From an archaeon (GTDB lineage: Archaea > Aenigmatarchaeota > Aenigmatarchaeia > GW2011-AR5), in assembly GCA_028279825.1 (NCBI GenBank), contig JANQNA010000006.1, positions 2,771 to 66,770 on the forward strand: a stretch of DNA of 64,000 nucleotides. The letters run 5' to 3'. Positions within the stretch are counted from its first letter, which is position 1. Each line of letters opens with the position of its first letter. Under the pieces are notes generated by a model. The model had not been told where the DNA came from. It made no database searches and worked only from the letters and a program-made list of their open reading frames with translations. Of the stretch, positions 1 to 8,951 are shown one piece after another. Both the position numbers and the translations under genes were made by a program.

Positions 1-246
1 ATTACTGCAGTCAGAATGCGGATGTGCGTTTTCCCTGGTTACAGACCCATGAGTGGCCCATCTAGTATGCGCTATTGCCATATTACATTCGGAATTCTGT
101 ACAGGTTTTATCTCACCGACCTCTTTTTCAAACACGCTATCTGTGGCTATGCCAAATGAATCATAACCTCTGTATTCCAATCTTTTCAACATTCCTAATA
201 CTTCTTCAGTATTAGTTTTTTTTGCAACACCGATTATACCGCACAT
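1..246 (-). CDS. glmS: Glutamine--fructose-6-phosphate aminotransferase (GlmS), N-terminal fragment truncated by the window edge
   Basis: Reverse-strand translation from the ATG at 246-244 gives MCGIIGVAKKTNTEEVLGMLKRLEYRGYDSFGIA...AHTRWATHGS. These are the class II glutamine amidotransferase hallmarks: Cys2 nucleophile, RLEYRGYDS and HTRWATHG. It is not in the ORF track because it runs off the window. Confidence 0.8.
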   Translation of the reverse strand, partial: MCGIIGVAKKTNTEEVLGMLKRLEYRGYDSFGIATDSVFEKEVGEIKPVQNSECNMAIAHTRWATHGSVTRENAHPHSDCSN

Positions 247-1410
247 TTACTTCACCTGATACTTTGACAGAGGCATTTCTGTCTTGATATCTTCAGTTAC
301 AGTATGACATGCAGGCACAATCATGTTAGGCCAGATGCGCTTGCCGGGCATGACAGTCACGCGCGTGCCGAACTTGACCCCGTCACCTACAATACCACCA
401 AGTTTTCGTCTCCCGGAATCAGTTCTTTTTCCGTTGACTTCCATTTTTACGTTTTTATCATCTAATCTCAGATTTGCGAAGATTGTGCCCCCTCCGATGT
501 TGCAATTCTTTCCTATCAAAGTATCTCCTATGTAGCTAAGATGAGAGGCAAATGAGTTTTCAAGAATTATGGAATTTTTTACTTCCACAGCCTGACCAAC
601 TTTACAGTCCTTGCCTATGGAAGAATATTTTCTTAGGAAACAATTGGGACCTACAACTGCACCTTCGCCTATTGCCACGGGTTTTTCTATGACAGCACCG
701 GGACGGATCTGCGCGGACTTGTGTATCTGTGATCCATGTTTGTCCAAAAGATACTTGTTTGCGTCAAGAAGATTCCACGGATGAGATACAGGTATCCATG
801 TTTTCACGGTGTGATTTTTTACCTTGACGCCTTTGTCAATAAGCTCTTTTATTGCCTCAGGCAGATCATACTCCCCTCTGGGACCTTTTTTTAATTTCTT
901 TAAAACAGGGAAAATTGACGGGTCTAAAATGTAGAGACCACAATTGGCAAGATTTGATTTTGGATTATCAGGTTTTTCTTCTATGCTTCGCACGAAATTT
1001 TTCTCTACTTCCAGAATGCCGTAAAGTTCCGGATGATCTGTCGGAAAAGAACATAGCGTTACTGCATCTTTCTTTGCTACGGACTTGATGTCTTCTTCTC
1101 CATACATATCGTCGCCGTACATTGCGAGGAATTTTCCTTTTACGTAACGCTGCGCCTGCAGGAGTGCATGACCTGTGCCTAACTGTTCATTCTGGAAAAC
1201 AATTTTTACTTTTTTATCATTAGCAAAATGGTCAATAATGTCTTTTTGATTCTTATTGGCGACAATTATTATCTGCTCACAGAAATCCAGCATTTCTCTC
1301 AACCAGGCCAGTATTGGCCGGTTGGCTACACATAGCATTCCTTTGCTTGTTGTTAGTGTCAGGGGCTGTAACCTTGTTCCTTTGCCCGCAGCAATTAAGA
1401 CTGCTTTCAT
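247..1410 (-). CDS. glmU: Bifunctional sugar-1-phosphate nucleotidylyltransferase/acetyltransferase (archaeal GlmU-like)
   Basis: The N-terminus MKAVLIAAGKGTRLQPLT carries the GxGTRL nucleotidyltransferase motif. The C-terminal third is made of left-handed beta-helix hexapeptide repeats (IGEGAVVGPNCFL...IGKNCNIGGGTIFAN). It lies directly downstream of glmS on the same strand. Confidence 0.8.
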   Translation of the reverse strand: MKAVLIAAGKGTRLQPLTLTTSKGMLCVANRPILAWLREMLDFCEQIIIVANKNQKDIIDHFANDKKVKIVFQNEQLGTGHALLQAQRYVKGKFLAMYGDDMYGEEDIKSVAKKDAVTLCSFPTDHPELYGILEVEKNFVRSIEEKPDNPKSNLANCGLYILDPSIFPVLKKLKKGPRGEYDLPEAIKELIDKGVKVKNHTVKTWIPVSHPWNLLDANKYLLDKHGSQIHKSAQIRPGAVIEKPVAIGEGAVVGPNCFLRKYSSIGKDCKVGQAVEVKNSIILENSFASHLSYIGDTLIGKNCNIGGGTIFANLRLDDKNVKMEVNGKRTDSGRRKLGGIVGDGVKFGTRVTVMPGKRIWPNMIVPACHTVTEDIKTEMPLSKYQVK

Positions 1411-1496
1411 CGTTTTTTGTTATTTTTCAAGCTTTAAATTGCTAAAATCTCTGGTACAATTTTCGAAATGGAACTTTAATAATTTAGTGAAAAAGA

Positions 1497-1862
1497 ATGT
1501 GGATGGGATTTAGAAGACTGTTACTGGGAGTTGCTTTGCTTTATTCAACAGTGTTTACGGGTAATGCGTGTCAACATGAAAGGATTGTAAATGAGAACAA
1601 TATTGTTTCGGAAGAACTTGCCTCCAGATATAGATTTGAAAACGGACCCAGCCGTGATTTCAGAATACAACTTCGTGATCCATCCCAAAACGGATGCTCT
1701 GTGCTGAACCCGGTGTATATTCCTGTTTCTTTACATGAGTATGAATTGCTGGTAGACAATTTCATTGAATACAGAACAAGGATGATGATACTCGAAATTA
1801 CACACAAAAAACTTATTGAGGATCGGGTTCGTATACCGATGTATATACGCGCTGATGACTGA
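1497..1862 (+). CDS. Hypothetical protein with N-terminal hydrophobic signal (possible lipoprotein, ...TGNAC)
   Basis: ORF with a hydrophobic N-terminus followed by a Cys. No recognisable family. Confidence 0.3.
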   Translation: MWMGFRRLLLGVALLYSTVFTGNACQHERIVNENNIVSEELASRYRFENGPSRDFRIQLRDPSQNGCSVLNPVYIPVSLHEYELLVDNFIEYRTRMMILEITHKKLIEDRVRIPMYIRADD

Positions 1863-1891
1863 CTTTAATATCTTTCTATCAAGGTTTCTAA

Positions 1892-2242
1892 ATGCCATTG
1901 GAAATGCCTAAAACGAGACGTGACAAGATTTTTACAACACTTGGTTTAGTGACAATTCCGTATGTTCTGAATATAGCAGTGCACTTTGGTGTAGTCTCGT
2001 CTTCTGTCAAACTTCTTCAGGAATACAAGAGAACCGATCCAATTTCGGCACAAGAGTATTTTAGAAGTGTTTACGTCCCGTTTATGACAAATGACATAAC
2101 AGGACGTAATCCATTATATTTTGCTGTTAAGGGTTTCCGTTACTTTGATGATATGTCAGACTTTATACAATGGAAAACTCTCAGAGACGAACGAGAAAAA
2201 GATCCGGAACCTGTTGACACTCATGGTATTTACATATCTTAA
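1892..2242 (+). CDS. Hypothetical protein
   Basis: ORF only. It has one hydrophobic segment and no recognisable motifs. Confidence 0.25.
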   Translation: MPLEMPKTRRDKIFTTLGLVTIPYVLNIAVHFGVVSSSVKLLQEYKRTDPISAQEYFRSVYVPFMTNDITGRNPLYFAVKGFRYFDDMSDFIQWKTLRDEREKDPEPVDTHGIYIS

Positions 2243-2339
2243 TTGGCAGGACTGCTCAATATTTTAAGGCTGGAAAGAATATCGGACTCCATGAATTCCC
2301 TGTACATCCTAGTAAGATGTTTGAAAAGAATTAAAACGA

Positions 2340-3260
2340 CTAGTTTGACTCTTCTTCTTTGGCCTTCTTCTCGACTTCTTCTTCGATGTCTAATGCTTCG
2401 GCCATTTCCTTGTAGCGGTTTCTGATTGTAACTTCAGTCACGCCAACAACGTCTGCCACTTCTCTCTGCGTCTTGCGTTCGCCTTCCAAAACGGAAGCTA
2501 TGTAAATAGCAGCAGCTGCACAGCCACAAGGACCCTTACCGCTTATTACGTCCTTGTCCTTTGCGGTCTTCAGAATCTTAATAGCCCTCATTTGTGTACG
2601 GTCAGATAGTTTTAACATTGAACTGAATCTTGGAATGTATGATTCTGCTCTGGCCGGTAAAATACGAATATCCAGTTTTCTGGAAATGTATCTGTAAGTT
2701 CTACCAAGTTCACGCTTTCCTATACCGGAAGCCTGTGAAATCTCTGTAAGAGTTCTTGGTGTTTCGTACTCTCTTGAAAGAGAGTATACCAAAGCTGCAA
2801 TTATTGACTCTATGGAACGTCCTCTAACAAGGCTTTTCTGCAAAGCCTTTTCGTAAAGCTTAGCCACCTCTTCATGTAGAGTTTTTGGAAGCCCCAGGAA
2901 GGAAATCAGACGCTGTAGCTCTGACAAAGCAAAGCTCATGTTACGATCTTTAGATGTAAGCAACCTTTTTTGCCACTTTCTTATACGGAAGAATTGGCTT
3001 CGCTTTTTAGCCGGTACTTTGAATAACTCTGTGGTACCCTTGCCAATCTCTGTGGTCAGACCTTTGTCGTGACGCTTGTGTGTAAGAGGAGCCCCTGTTC
3101 TTGCTCTTTTGACCTTCTGGTCGTGATCAAAGGCTCTCCACTCCTGGCCGGTGTCAACCATGGACTCTTCCATGACTAAACCACATTTAGCACAGACCTT
3201 CTCGGCCTTTTCCGGGTCCCTATAGAAGTGTTTTGAACCGCATTCTGGACATTTATCCAT
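2340..3260 (-). CDS. tfb: Transcription initiation factor IIB (TFB)
   Basis: N-terminal Zn ribbon (CPECGS...CAKCG) followed by two cyclin-fold repeats. Typical TFB length. Acidic C-terminal tail. Confidence 0.93.
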   Translation of the reverse strand: MDKCPECGSKHFYRDPEKAEKVCAKCGLVMEESMVDTGQEWRAFDHDQKVKRARTGAPLTHKRHDKGLTTEIGKGTTELFKVPAKKRSQFFRIRKWQKRLLTSKDRNMSFALSELQRLISFLGLPKTLHEEVAKLYEKALQKSLVRGRSIESIIAALVYSLSREYETPRTLTEISQASGIGKRELGRTYRYISRKLDIRILPARAESYIPRFSSMLKLSDRTQMRAIKILKTAKDKDVISGKGPCGCAAAAIYIASVLEGERKTQREVADVVGVTEVTIRNRYKEMAEALDIEEEVEKKAKEEESN

Positions 3261-3449
3261 ATTTTATCACCATATCAATTTGTCACTTTCTTGAAGTAAC
3301 AATACCTTCCTCTGACCTAAACCATTAGTTTACACCGTAAACTATTTAAAGATTCTTCCATTTGAAGCAGACGTCTTTAAAAAATTGACTGTTTTCGGGA
3401 AATGTAGGTTAATAAATCGTATTTTATAGATTAATCTTAAAATGGATAT

Positions 3450-4412
3450 ATGCTGACAGCATTGCTTTTCTTAGTGGGTATTGTTCTGATTGGGGGCGTT
3501 ATGGCCTATTTTGGGTTTAATGAAGTTCTCACGGTGATGTCATCTGCAGATATATACTATATAGTCATTGCATTGTTGCTTCAGCTGGGTATGCTGCTGC
3601 TTCTGGCTGTGAGATTCGTCCTGATTTCCAAGCGTTACAAGCGGGTTGGCTTCTGGGACGCATTCAAGATAAGCATGGCAGGCACGGCGATTAGTCTTAT
3701 AACACCAATAGCCCGTGTGGGTGGCGAACCGCTAAAAATATACCTGCTCAAGAAGAAAATCGGCGGTTCAAAGGCCTCAGCAGTTGTGGCTGTTGATACT
3801 TTATCAGAGCTTGCTTCATCATTTTTGGTTCTATTGTTTGTATTCATAGCGTTTTTCTCTGATATACCGGGTTCCATTCTTCCATCATTTCTGGTATTCT
3901 TTGTTGTTGTGGCAGTTGTACTCATTGTCATGGTAAAAATGCTGCTGAGTCCAGACCTTTTGAGAAGAATCATTAACTGGGGCAGCCAGAAAGTGTCAAA
4001 GTATACAAAGGTGGACAAAAAAGATTACGCGCTGCTGTTCTATAAAGCCTTCAGGCATTTATTGCAGGATGAGAAGGTTGTTTTCTCCGCTTTATTGGTT
4101 TCTTTCGTTGCTAAGGTGCTGGAGTTTGCCAGAATGTGGTTTGTTTTTGCTGCCCTAGGCGTATTACTTCCACTGGACGTTGTTATAATTGTGTGGGCTG
4201 TTATACTTGTGCTGTATCTTGTGCCGTGGCTGCCTGGATCATTGGGTCTTGTAGAGTTTTTCGGTGCAGGTGCGTTTGTGCTGTTTGGCATAGCGAGCGG
4301 CGTTGCTGCCGGTGGACTCATAATCGATCGTTTCATATCCTTCTGGTTTGTACTTGTCATAGGATTATTCATTGCGTCAACGTTCAAAGTGCCCAAAGAA
4401 GTCAAGAAGTAA
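3450..4412 (+). CDS. UPF0104 / lysylphosphatidylglycerol-synthase-TM-region-like (flippase-like) integral membrane protein
   Basis: About 8 TM helices. The signature ITPIARVGGEPLKIYLL matches the PxxxGGExxR motif of the LPG_synthase_TM/UPF0104 family. Confidence 0.5.
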   Translation: MLTALLFLVGIVLIGGVMAYFGFNEVLTVMSSADIYYIVIALLLQLGMLLLLAVRFVLISKRYKRVGFWDAFKISMAGTAISLITPIARVGGEPLKIYLLKKKIGGSKASAVVAVDTLSELASSFLVLLFVFIAFFSDIPGSILPSFLVFFVVVAVVLIVMVKMLLSPDLLRRIINWGSQKVSKYTKVDKKDYALLFYKAFRHLLQDEKVVFSALLVSFVAKVLEFARMWFVFAALGVLLPLDVVIIVWAVILVLYLVPWLPGSLGLVEFFGAGAFVLFGIASGVAAGGLIIDRFISFWFVLVIGLFIASTFKVPKEVKK

Positions 4413-5009
4413 CTAAAACCAGCTCTTTTCCCATTCGTCGAATTCTTCGTCTGACAGTGTTTTATCATTTTTCTGTTTCGGCTCCGGTTTGTGGAAGTAC
4501 AAACCAACAGCTACACCGAATGCCAGGCCAACAATGTGGGCTATGTTTGCCACGTTCGTCGGAAAGAACACACCTGCTATATCCAGGAACAACCAAAAGC
4601 CGGCTGCCACGGCCATTGGCATCGGAACACCGTAGACCCAGACCATCATTTTTGGGCGCATGGCTGCCAAAGCCCCGAGAATTCCAAAGACGGCTCCGGA
4701 TGCACCTAGCGCTGAAGTGTAAAAGTTTGAAGAAACCAGGCCGGCTATGATTCCTGATAGCATGTATATGGCAAGAAATCTTTCAGAGCCCACCAGCTTT
4801 TCAAGTATCAGACCAAAGATGAACAAAGCGAACATGTTACCAAACAAGTGCATTGTGGAACCATGGAGAAACATTGAAGTCACGAGAATCCACGGTCGTT
4901 GACCCACTTCAGGAGAAAACAGCAGGAACGCCTCGGTGAAACCTTCTATTGACTGCAGGAAGAACATCAAGACATTCAATCCGATTAAAATCAGTACAAC
5001 GTTTCGCAT
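4413..5009 (-). CDS. Rhomboid-family intramembrane serine protease (start set to the internal Met; the longest ORF to 5123 would overlap the divergent histone gene)
   Basis: Six predicted TM helices from M39. Motifs: TSMFLHGSTMHLFGNMF in TM2, catalytic GASGAVFG and the histidine in AHIVG. The ORF-track start at 5123 overlaps the 5' end of the divergent histone gene, so the Met at 5009 is preferred. Confidence 0.8.
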   Translation of the reverse strand: MRNVVLILIGLNVLMFFLQSIEGFTEAFLLFSPEVGQRPWILVTSMFLHGSTMHLFGNMFALFIFGLILEKLVGSERFLAIYMLSGIIAGLVSSNFYTSALGASGAVFGILGALAAMRPKMMVWVYGVPMPMAVAAGFWLFLDIAGVFFPTNVANIAHIVGLAFGVAVGLYFHKPEPKQKNDKTLSDEEFDEWEKSWF

Positions 5010-5041
5010 AAGAATAAATACTGTTTGGATAATAATTAAAT

Positions 5042-5242
5042 ATGCTATCTCTGCTGGTTTTTGAAAGAATTGCCAAGAAAAACGGAATAAAGAGGATATC
5101 CCGCGAGGCCCTGGAAGAAGCAAGAGAGATAATAGAAGAAATAGGCCTGGATATATCAGAACAATCTGTCAAAGTTTCGCGTTTTGCAGGCAAAAAGACT
5201 GTCATGGAAAGCGATGTCAAGTTTGTCGTGGAAAAAAGATAG
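5042..5242 (+). CDS. Archaeal histone (histone-fold protein)
   Basis: 66 aa. LLVFERIAKKNGIKRISREALEEAREIIEEIG...VSRFAGKKTVMESDVKF follows the archaeal HMf-type pattern (LPxAPIxRIIKxAGxxRVS...AGRKTIkxEDI). Confidence 0.7.
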   Translation: MLSLLVFERIAKKNGIKRISREALEEAREIIEEIGLDISEQSVKVSRFAGKKTVMESDVKFVVEKR

Positions 5243-5278
5243 TTATAAATATGCAATAAATAAGTTCTTCGTGGTTAT

Positions 5279-5671
5279 ATGGAAAAAAGATTAACAGAAA
5301 TAAAAAATCTAAAGCCGGGTTCTTACGTGCTTATAGACGACGTGCCTTACAAAGTAGATAAAGTGCAAACGTCCAAGGCCGGCAAGCACGGTGCAGCCAA
5401 GGCAAGATTGTTTGCAAATGGTGTTTTTACGGATGCAAAGAAGATAATTGTCAAGCCGGGCGATACAAGAATGGATGTACCTGTTATAGAGAAGAAAACT
5501 GCGCAGATACTATCCTTCTCGGGTGACACAGCCCAGCTGATGGATATGACCAGCTATGAGACTTATGAAGTAAAGGTCCCCGAAGAACTCAAGGGCCAGC
5601 TGGTAGAAGGGGACGAAGTGGTTACCTGGGAATTCGGCACGTTCAGAATGATCAAGAACAAGAAAGTCTGA
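5279..5671 (+). CDS. aIF5A: Translation initiation factor 5A (aIF5A)
   Basis: The hypusination loop TSKAGKHGAAKAR is present. Length 130 aa. SH3-like N-domain plus OB C-domain pattern. Confidence 0.9.
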   Translation: MEKRLTEIKNLKPGSYVLIDDVPYKVDKVQTSKAGKHGAAKARLFANGVFTDAKKIIVKPGDTRMDVPVIEKKTAQILSFSGDTAQLMDMTSYETYEVKVPEELKGQLVEGDEVVTWEFGTFRMIKNKKV

Positions 5672-5720
5672 CCGAGTTCCAAAGAAAACTATTGCTGGTC
5701 GGAAAAAGAACTATTACGTC

Positions 5721-6314
5721 TTGGGGAAACTATTTTATTGGCCAGACACTAATTCTACTATGGTTAGGCGTAAGTATACAAAGAAGAACAGGGAACTTTT
5801 GGAACTCGTGAAGTTTCTTGTCAAGTTCAACCTTTTTGCGATCCCTCTTTACATCATACTTTTTACAGGCTGGACGTTTGTCCAGCTACAACAGCTAACG
5901 CTGGATATTACATATCAGATTCTACTTTTAACAGGTGCTGAACCTGTATTGAATGATTTTTTGATATCTATACCGATAAAGAACGGCAACTGGGCTGCTG
6001 TTATCAACTGGGACTGCACCGGCTGGAAGAGTATGCTGGCTTTCTTTGCACTGGTCATGTCCACTCCGTTCACGATGAAGAAAAGAGCACTTGGATTGCT
6101 GTTAATTCCCCTGATTTATGCGATAAACCTGGTCAGGATATTCTTTATGTTCCTGTATGTCAGAACATTTGACCTGGCACACTATGAATTAGTGCATTCG
6201 GTGGTGTGGAGCTGGGGGTTAATATTGACTATACTTCTGTTATGGCTGGTATGGATGAGAACAAACGGTTTCGAGTCTATGGAAAAAACAATATATAGTG
6301 CCTTACATAAGTAA
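5721..6314 (+). CDS. Short exosortase/archaeosortase-family protein (putative archaeosortase)
   Basis: Polytopic membrane protein. Cys is in INWDCTGWKS (the CxG active-site motif of exosortase/archaeosortase). AINLVRIFF matches the conserved ANxxRI motif of the family. Confidence 0.5.
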   Translation: MGKLFYWPDTNSTMVRRKYTKKNRELLELVKFLVKFNLFAIPLYIILFTGWTFVQLQQLTLDITYQILLLTGAEPVLNDFLISIPIKNGNWAAVINWDCTGWKSMLAFFALVMSTPFTMKKRALGLLLIPLIYAINLVRIFFMFLYVRTFDLAHYELVHSVVWSWGLILTILLLWLVWMRTNGFESMEKTIYSALHK

Positions 6315-6873
6315 GATTATAGTGATGAAAATGCCTAAAGAGAAGAATGAGTTAGAGGCACGGATGAACAGGCTGGAAGAGCGCCTGAAGCAGGTTTTTT
6401 CGGAGATCGAGAAAAGATTCGAGGATTTACAGAAGAAACCTGAGTACTCTTATGAAGAACGCATACAGGAGATAGAGGATCTGGTTTTGTTGCTTCAATT
6501 GGAGAACACAAAATTGAGAGAAAAGGTCGGCGAAGGCCTTGACTTTGGAATCACGCCAAAAATACCTGACTTTTCAGAACGAATAAGCCGTATTGAATCA
6601 GAATTAACACATACAGGTACCAGAGTGGTTGAGGGCGATACTGATGGCAAAATCGCAAACCTGGAAGACAAGATAAACTCTATTGAATTGGCGCCGGTGA
6701 AAGTTCCAAAGGACATTGAGAAGAGAGTAAAGGAGAGTCTTTCGGGAGAAATAAAGGACCTTCAAAAGAAGATAAGGACTCTGGAAGCATTACTGGAAAG
6801 GAGAGGTAAAGAGGAACTGGAACAGGAATCAAGCAATCTTCTTTCGGATATTAACAATATTCTGGGATCATGA
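6298..6873 (+). CDS. Coiled-coil protein (hypothetical)
   Basis: Highly charged heptad-rich sequence (EARMNRLEERLKQVFSEIEKRFEDLQKK...). The start is possibly the internal MKMPKEK. It is translationally coupled to the next gene (ATGA overlap at 6870). Confidence 0.4.
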   Translation: MPYISKIIVMKMPKEKNELEARMNRLEERLKQVFSEIEKRFEDLQKKPEYSYEERIQEIEDLVLLLQLENTKLREKVGEGLDFGITPKIPDFSERISRIESELTHTGTRVVEGDTDGKIANLEDKINSIELAPVKVPKDIEKRVKESLSGEIKDLQKKIRTLEALLERRGKEELEQESSNLLSDINNILGS

Positions 6874-8951
6874 TGACTATTGAGAAAAGGCTAAAAGAAG
6901 TTGAGGCATCGATAAAGGTCATAGCAAAATACGTAAAAGACACTACGGAGAAGATGGAAAAAGATCTCGAGGAAGTAAGGGAAGAAACAGGTGAACCGTT
7001 GAATGCACCTGATTTCAGCCAGGAATTTGACAAGGTACATCGCAGGATAGATGATATTGCTGAAAAACCTGAGAGTGATCACAGGCTGCATGATAGAATA
7101 GAAAAATTAGAAGAGGATGTAAGGGTCAAGACTGATAAAAACGTTGATCACCTGGAAGAGCATTTTAGAAAGAGTATACGTGATCTTAGTTCTGATTTTG
7201 ACGATTTCCGAAGCGAGGTAGGTCCTAAAGTTGAATACATGGAAAAAAGGACTGAAAAAATGAAGCACAGAATGGACAAGGCTATAGAAGAGGTTGACTT
7301 CAACGAGCTCAAGAAGAAAATGGAGCGCGTCGAGAAGAAGATGAGTGAATCTCTTGCGCTGAGCAAAGAGCTGGAAGATGTAGAGAAAACAATGTCAAAG
7401 ATGAAAGGCCTTGCACACAAACTGAAAGACTTTGATGCTGATACTTACAGGGAAGAATTCGAAAGACACATGAAACAGATAAAGGAGGAACTTGGTACAG
7501 AGGAATCCAGGGATGTGACGGGTCTTAAGAAAACGATCGGTCACCTGAAGAACCTGACAGAAGAGGATATGAAGAGGCTTGCTGAGCTGGGTGAGGCTCT
7601 GGAAGACAAGTTCCACGATGTTGGTAGCCTGAAGTATAATCTGGGCAAACTGAAGAACCTGGAGAAAGAGGACTTTGACAAGCTTGAACAGATGGCAAAG
7701 CATTTCAAACATGTGAGAGATTCAGATATGAAGAAAGTTTCTGAACTGGCTGAAGCACTGGAAGGAGACAGACATGATATTGACGGAATAAAGAGAAAAC
7801 TCGGCCACCTGAATAATCTTGCTGAGGACGATATGAAGAAAATGAACGAAGTCATGGAGGAAGTAAAGGACAAGTTCCACGACGTCGGTAGTTTGAAGTA
7901 TGCGATCGGTAAACTGAAGAACCTGGAGAAGGAAGATGTAGGCAAACTCAACGAGATTGTTGATCACCTGAAGAAGATAGAGCACCATGACGTGGAGAAA
8001 CTCGGCGACGTGCTGGATGAACTGAGAGGCACGGAGATACATGATGTTAAAAAACTCAGCGAGACGCTGAAGGACCTTAAAGAACTGGAAAGTCACGACG
8101 TGAATAGCCTGGGCAAAAAGCTTGACGAGATAAGGAATGTAAAAACAGAGGAGATTGAAAAGATCGGTCATGCTGTCAGTTCCCTAAAAGGACTGGAGAA
8201 GAAGGACATAAACAGGCTCACGGAAGCCACGGAGCATCTGAAGAGGATAGAGGCAAGAGATGTGAAGAAACTGTCAGAGCTGGCAGAAGAAATGAGAGAT
8301 ACGGAAATGCATGACGTCAAGAAGTTAAGAGATGCAATTAATGATTTCAAGAAAGTGGAACACCATGACGTAAAACGATTGACGGAAGAGCTTACAGCAA
8401 TGAAGGAGGCGCTGGATAACGAGACTGTCAACAGGGTGTCCATGGAAAAGAGATTCAAAAGTATGGAAGACGAACTGGCTAAATTTGAGAACGTAGAAGC
8501 CGAGGCTATAGAAACCCTTAACAAGATGGAGTTAAGAGATGTTCACAGGATCAAGCAGGACCTTGACGAGGAATCTGCAAGGAGAATCTCCATGGAGAAA
8601 AGAATGGCAGAGCTGGAAGAACAGATAGAAGAAGGAGAGACACCAAAGGATACAGGCGCACTGGCAGGCAGGATACAGGACATCGAGAAGAACATGAAAA
8701 TGGTTTCCATGAAAATGCTGACGCAACAGTTGAATGAATTTGCAAAAATGATGGACAAGAGAATCCCGAATATTGTTTCTAAGGAACAGTACAAGCGTGA
8801 AATAGCTGACCTTCGACAGAGAATAAAAACTGTGGAAACACCTGATTTAGCGCCGTTGGGTGCAAGAGTTGATCGTCTGGAGAAGAAAATAGAAGAAGCC
8901 GTCGGCATGATGAAGGGAATGTACAACAGGATTCCTTATGTTGTTGAGTGA
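6870..8951 (+). CDS. Large coiled-coil protein containing about 15 tandem 18-residue repeats (E-x-HDV-KKL-xEx-LxxL-Kxx)
   Basis: 693 aa, more than 40% charged residues. Region 7500-8420 is made of 54-bp imperfect tandem repeats encoding ...EHHDVEKLGDVLDELRGT / EIHDVKKLSETLKDLKEL / ESHDVNSLGKKLDEIRNV... No recognisable family. Confidence 0.5.
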   Translation: MMTIEKRLKEVEASIKVIAKYVKDTTEKMEKDLEEVREETGEPLNAPDFSQEFDKVHRRIDDIAEKPESDHRLHDRIEKLEEDVRVKTDKNVDHLEEHFRKSIRDLSSDFDDFRSEVGPKVEYMEKRTEKMKHRMDKAIEEVDFNELKKKMERVEKKMSESLALSKELEDVEKTMSKMKGLAHKLKDFDADTYREEFERHMKQIKEELGTEESRDVTGLKKTIGHLKNLTEEDMKRLAELGEALEDKFHDVGSLKYNLGKLKNLEKEDFDKLEQMAKHFKHVRDSDMKKVSELAEALEGDRHDIDGIKRKLGHLNNLAEDDMKKMNEVMEEVKDKFHDVGSLKYAIGKLKNLEKEDVGKLNEIVDHLKKIEHHDVEKLGDVLDELRGTEIHDVKKLSETLKDLKELESHDVNSLGKKLDEIRNVKTEEIEKIGHAVSSLKGLEKKDINRLTEATEHLKRIEARDVKKLSELAEEMRDTEMHDVKKLRDAINDFKKVEHHDVKRLTEELTAMKEALDNETVNRVSMEKRFKSMEDELAKFENVEAEAIETLNKMELRDVHRIKQDLDEESARRISMEKRMAELEEQIEEGETPKDTGALAGRIQDIEKNMKMVSMKMLTQQLNEFAKMMDKRIPNIVSKEQYKREIADLRQRIKTVETPDLAPLGARVDRLEKKIEEAVGMMKGMYNRIPYVVE

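Noticed and set aside
4136-4750. 204-aa Cys/Arg-rich ORF on the plus strand
   Set aside because: It is antisense to the rhomboid and UPF0104 genes, which have strong motifs. Its composition is typical of a shadow ORF.
7148-8926. Several minus-strand ORFs (7148-7420, 7395-7712, 7541-7951, 7722-8171, 8168-8524, 8543-8926)
   Set aside because: They are antisense to the 693-aa repeat protein. Their Ser/Phe/Leu-rich low-complexity sequence mirrors the sense-strand Glu/Lys codons.
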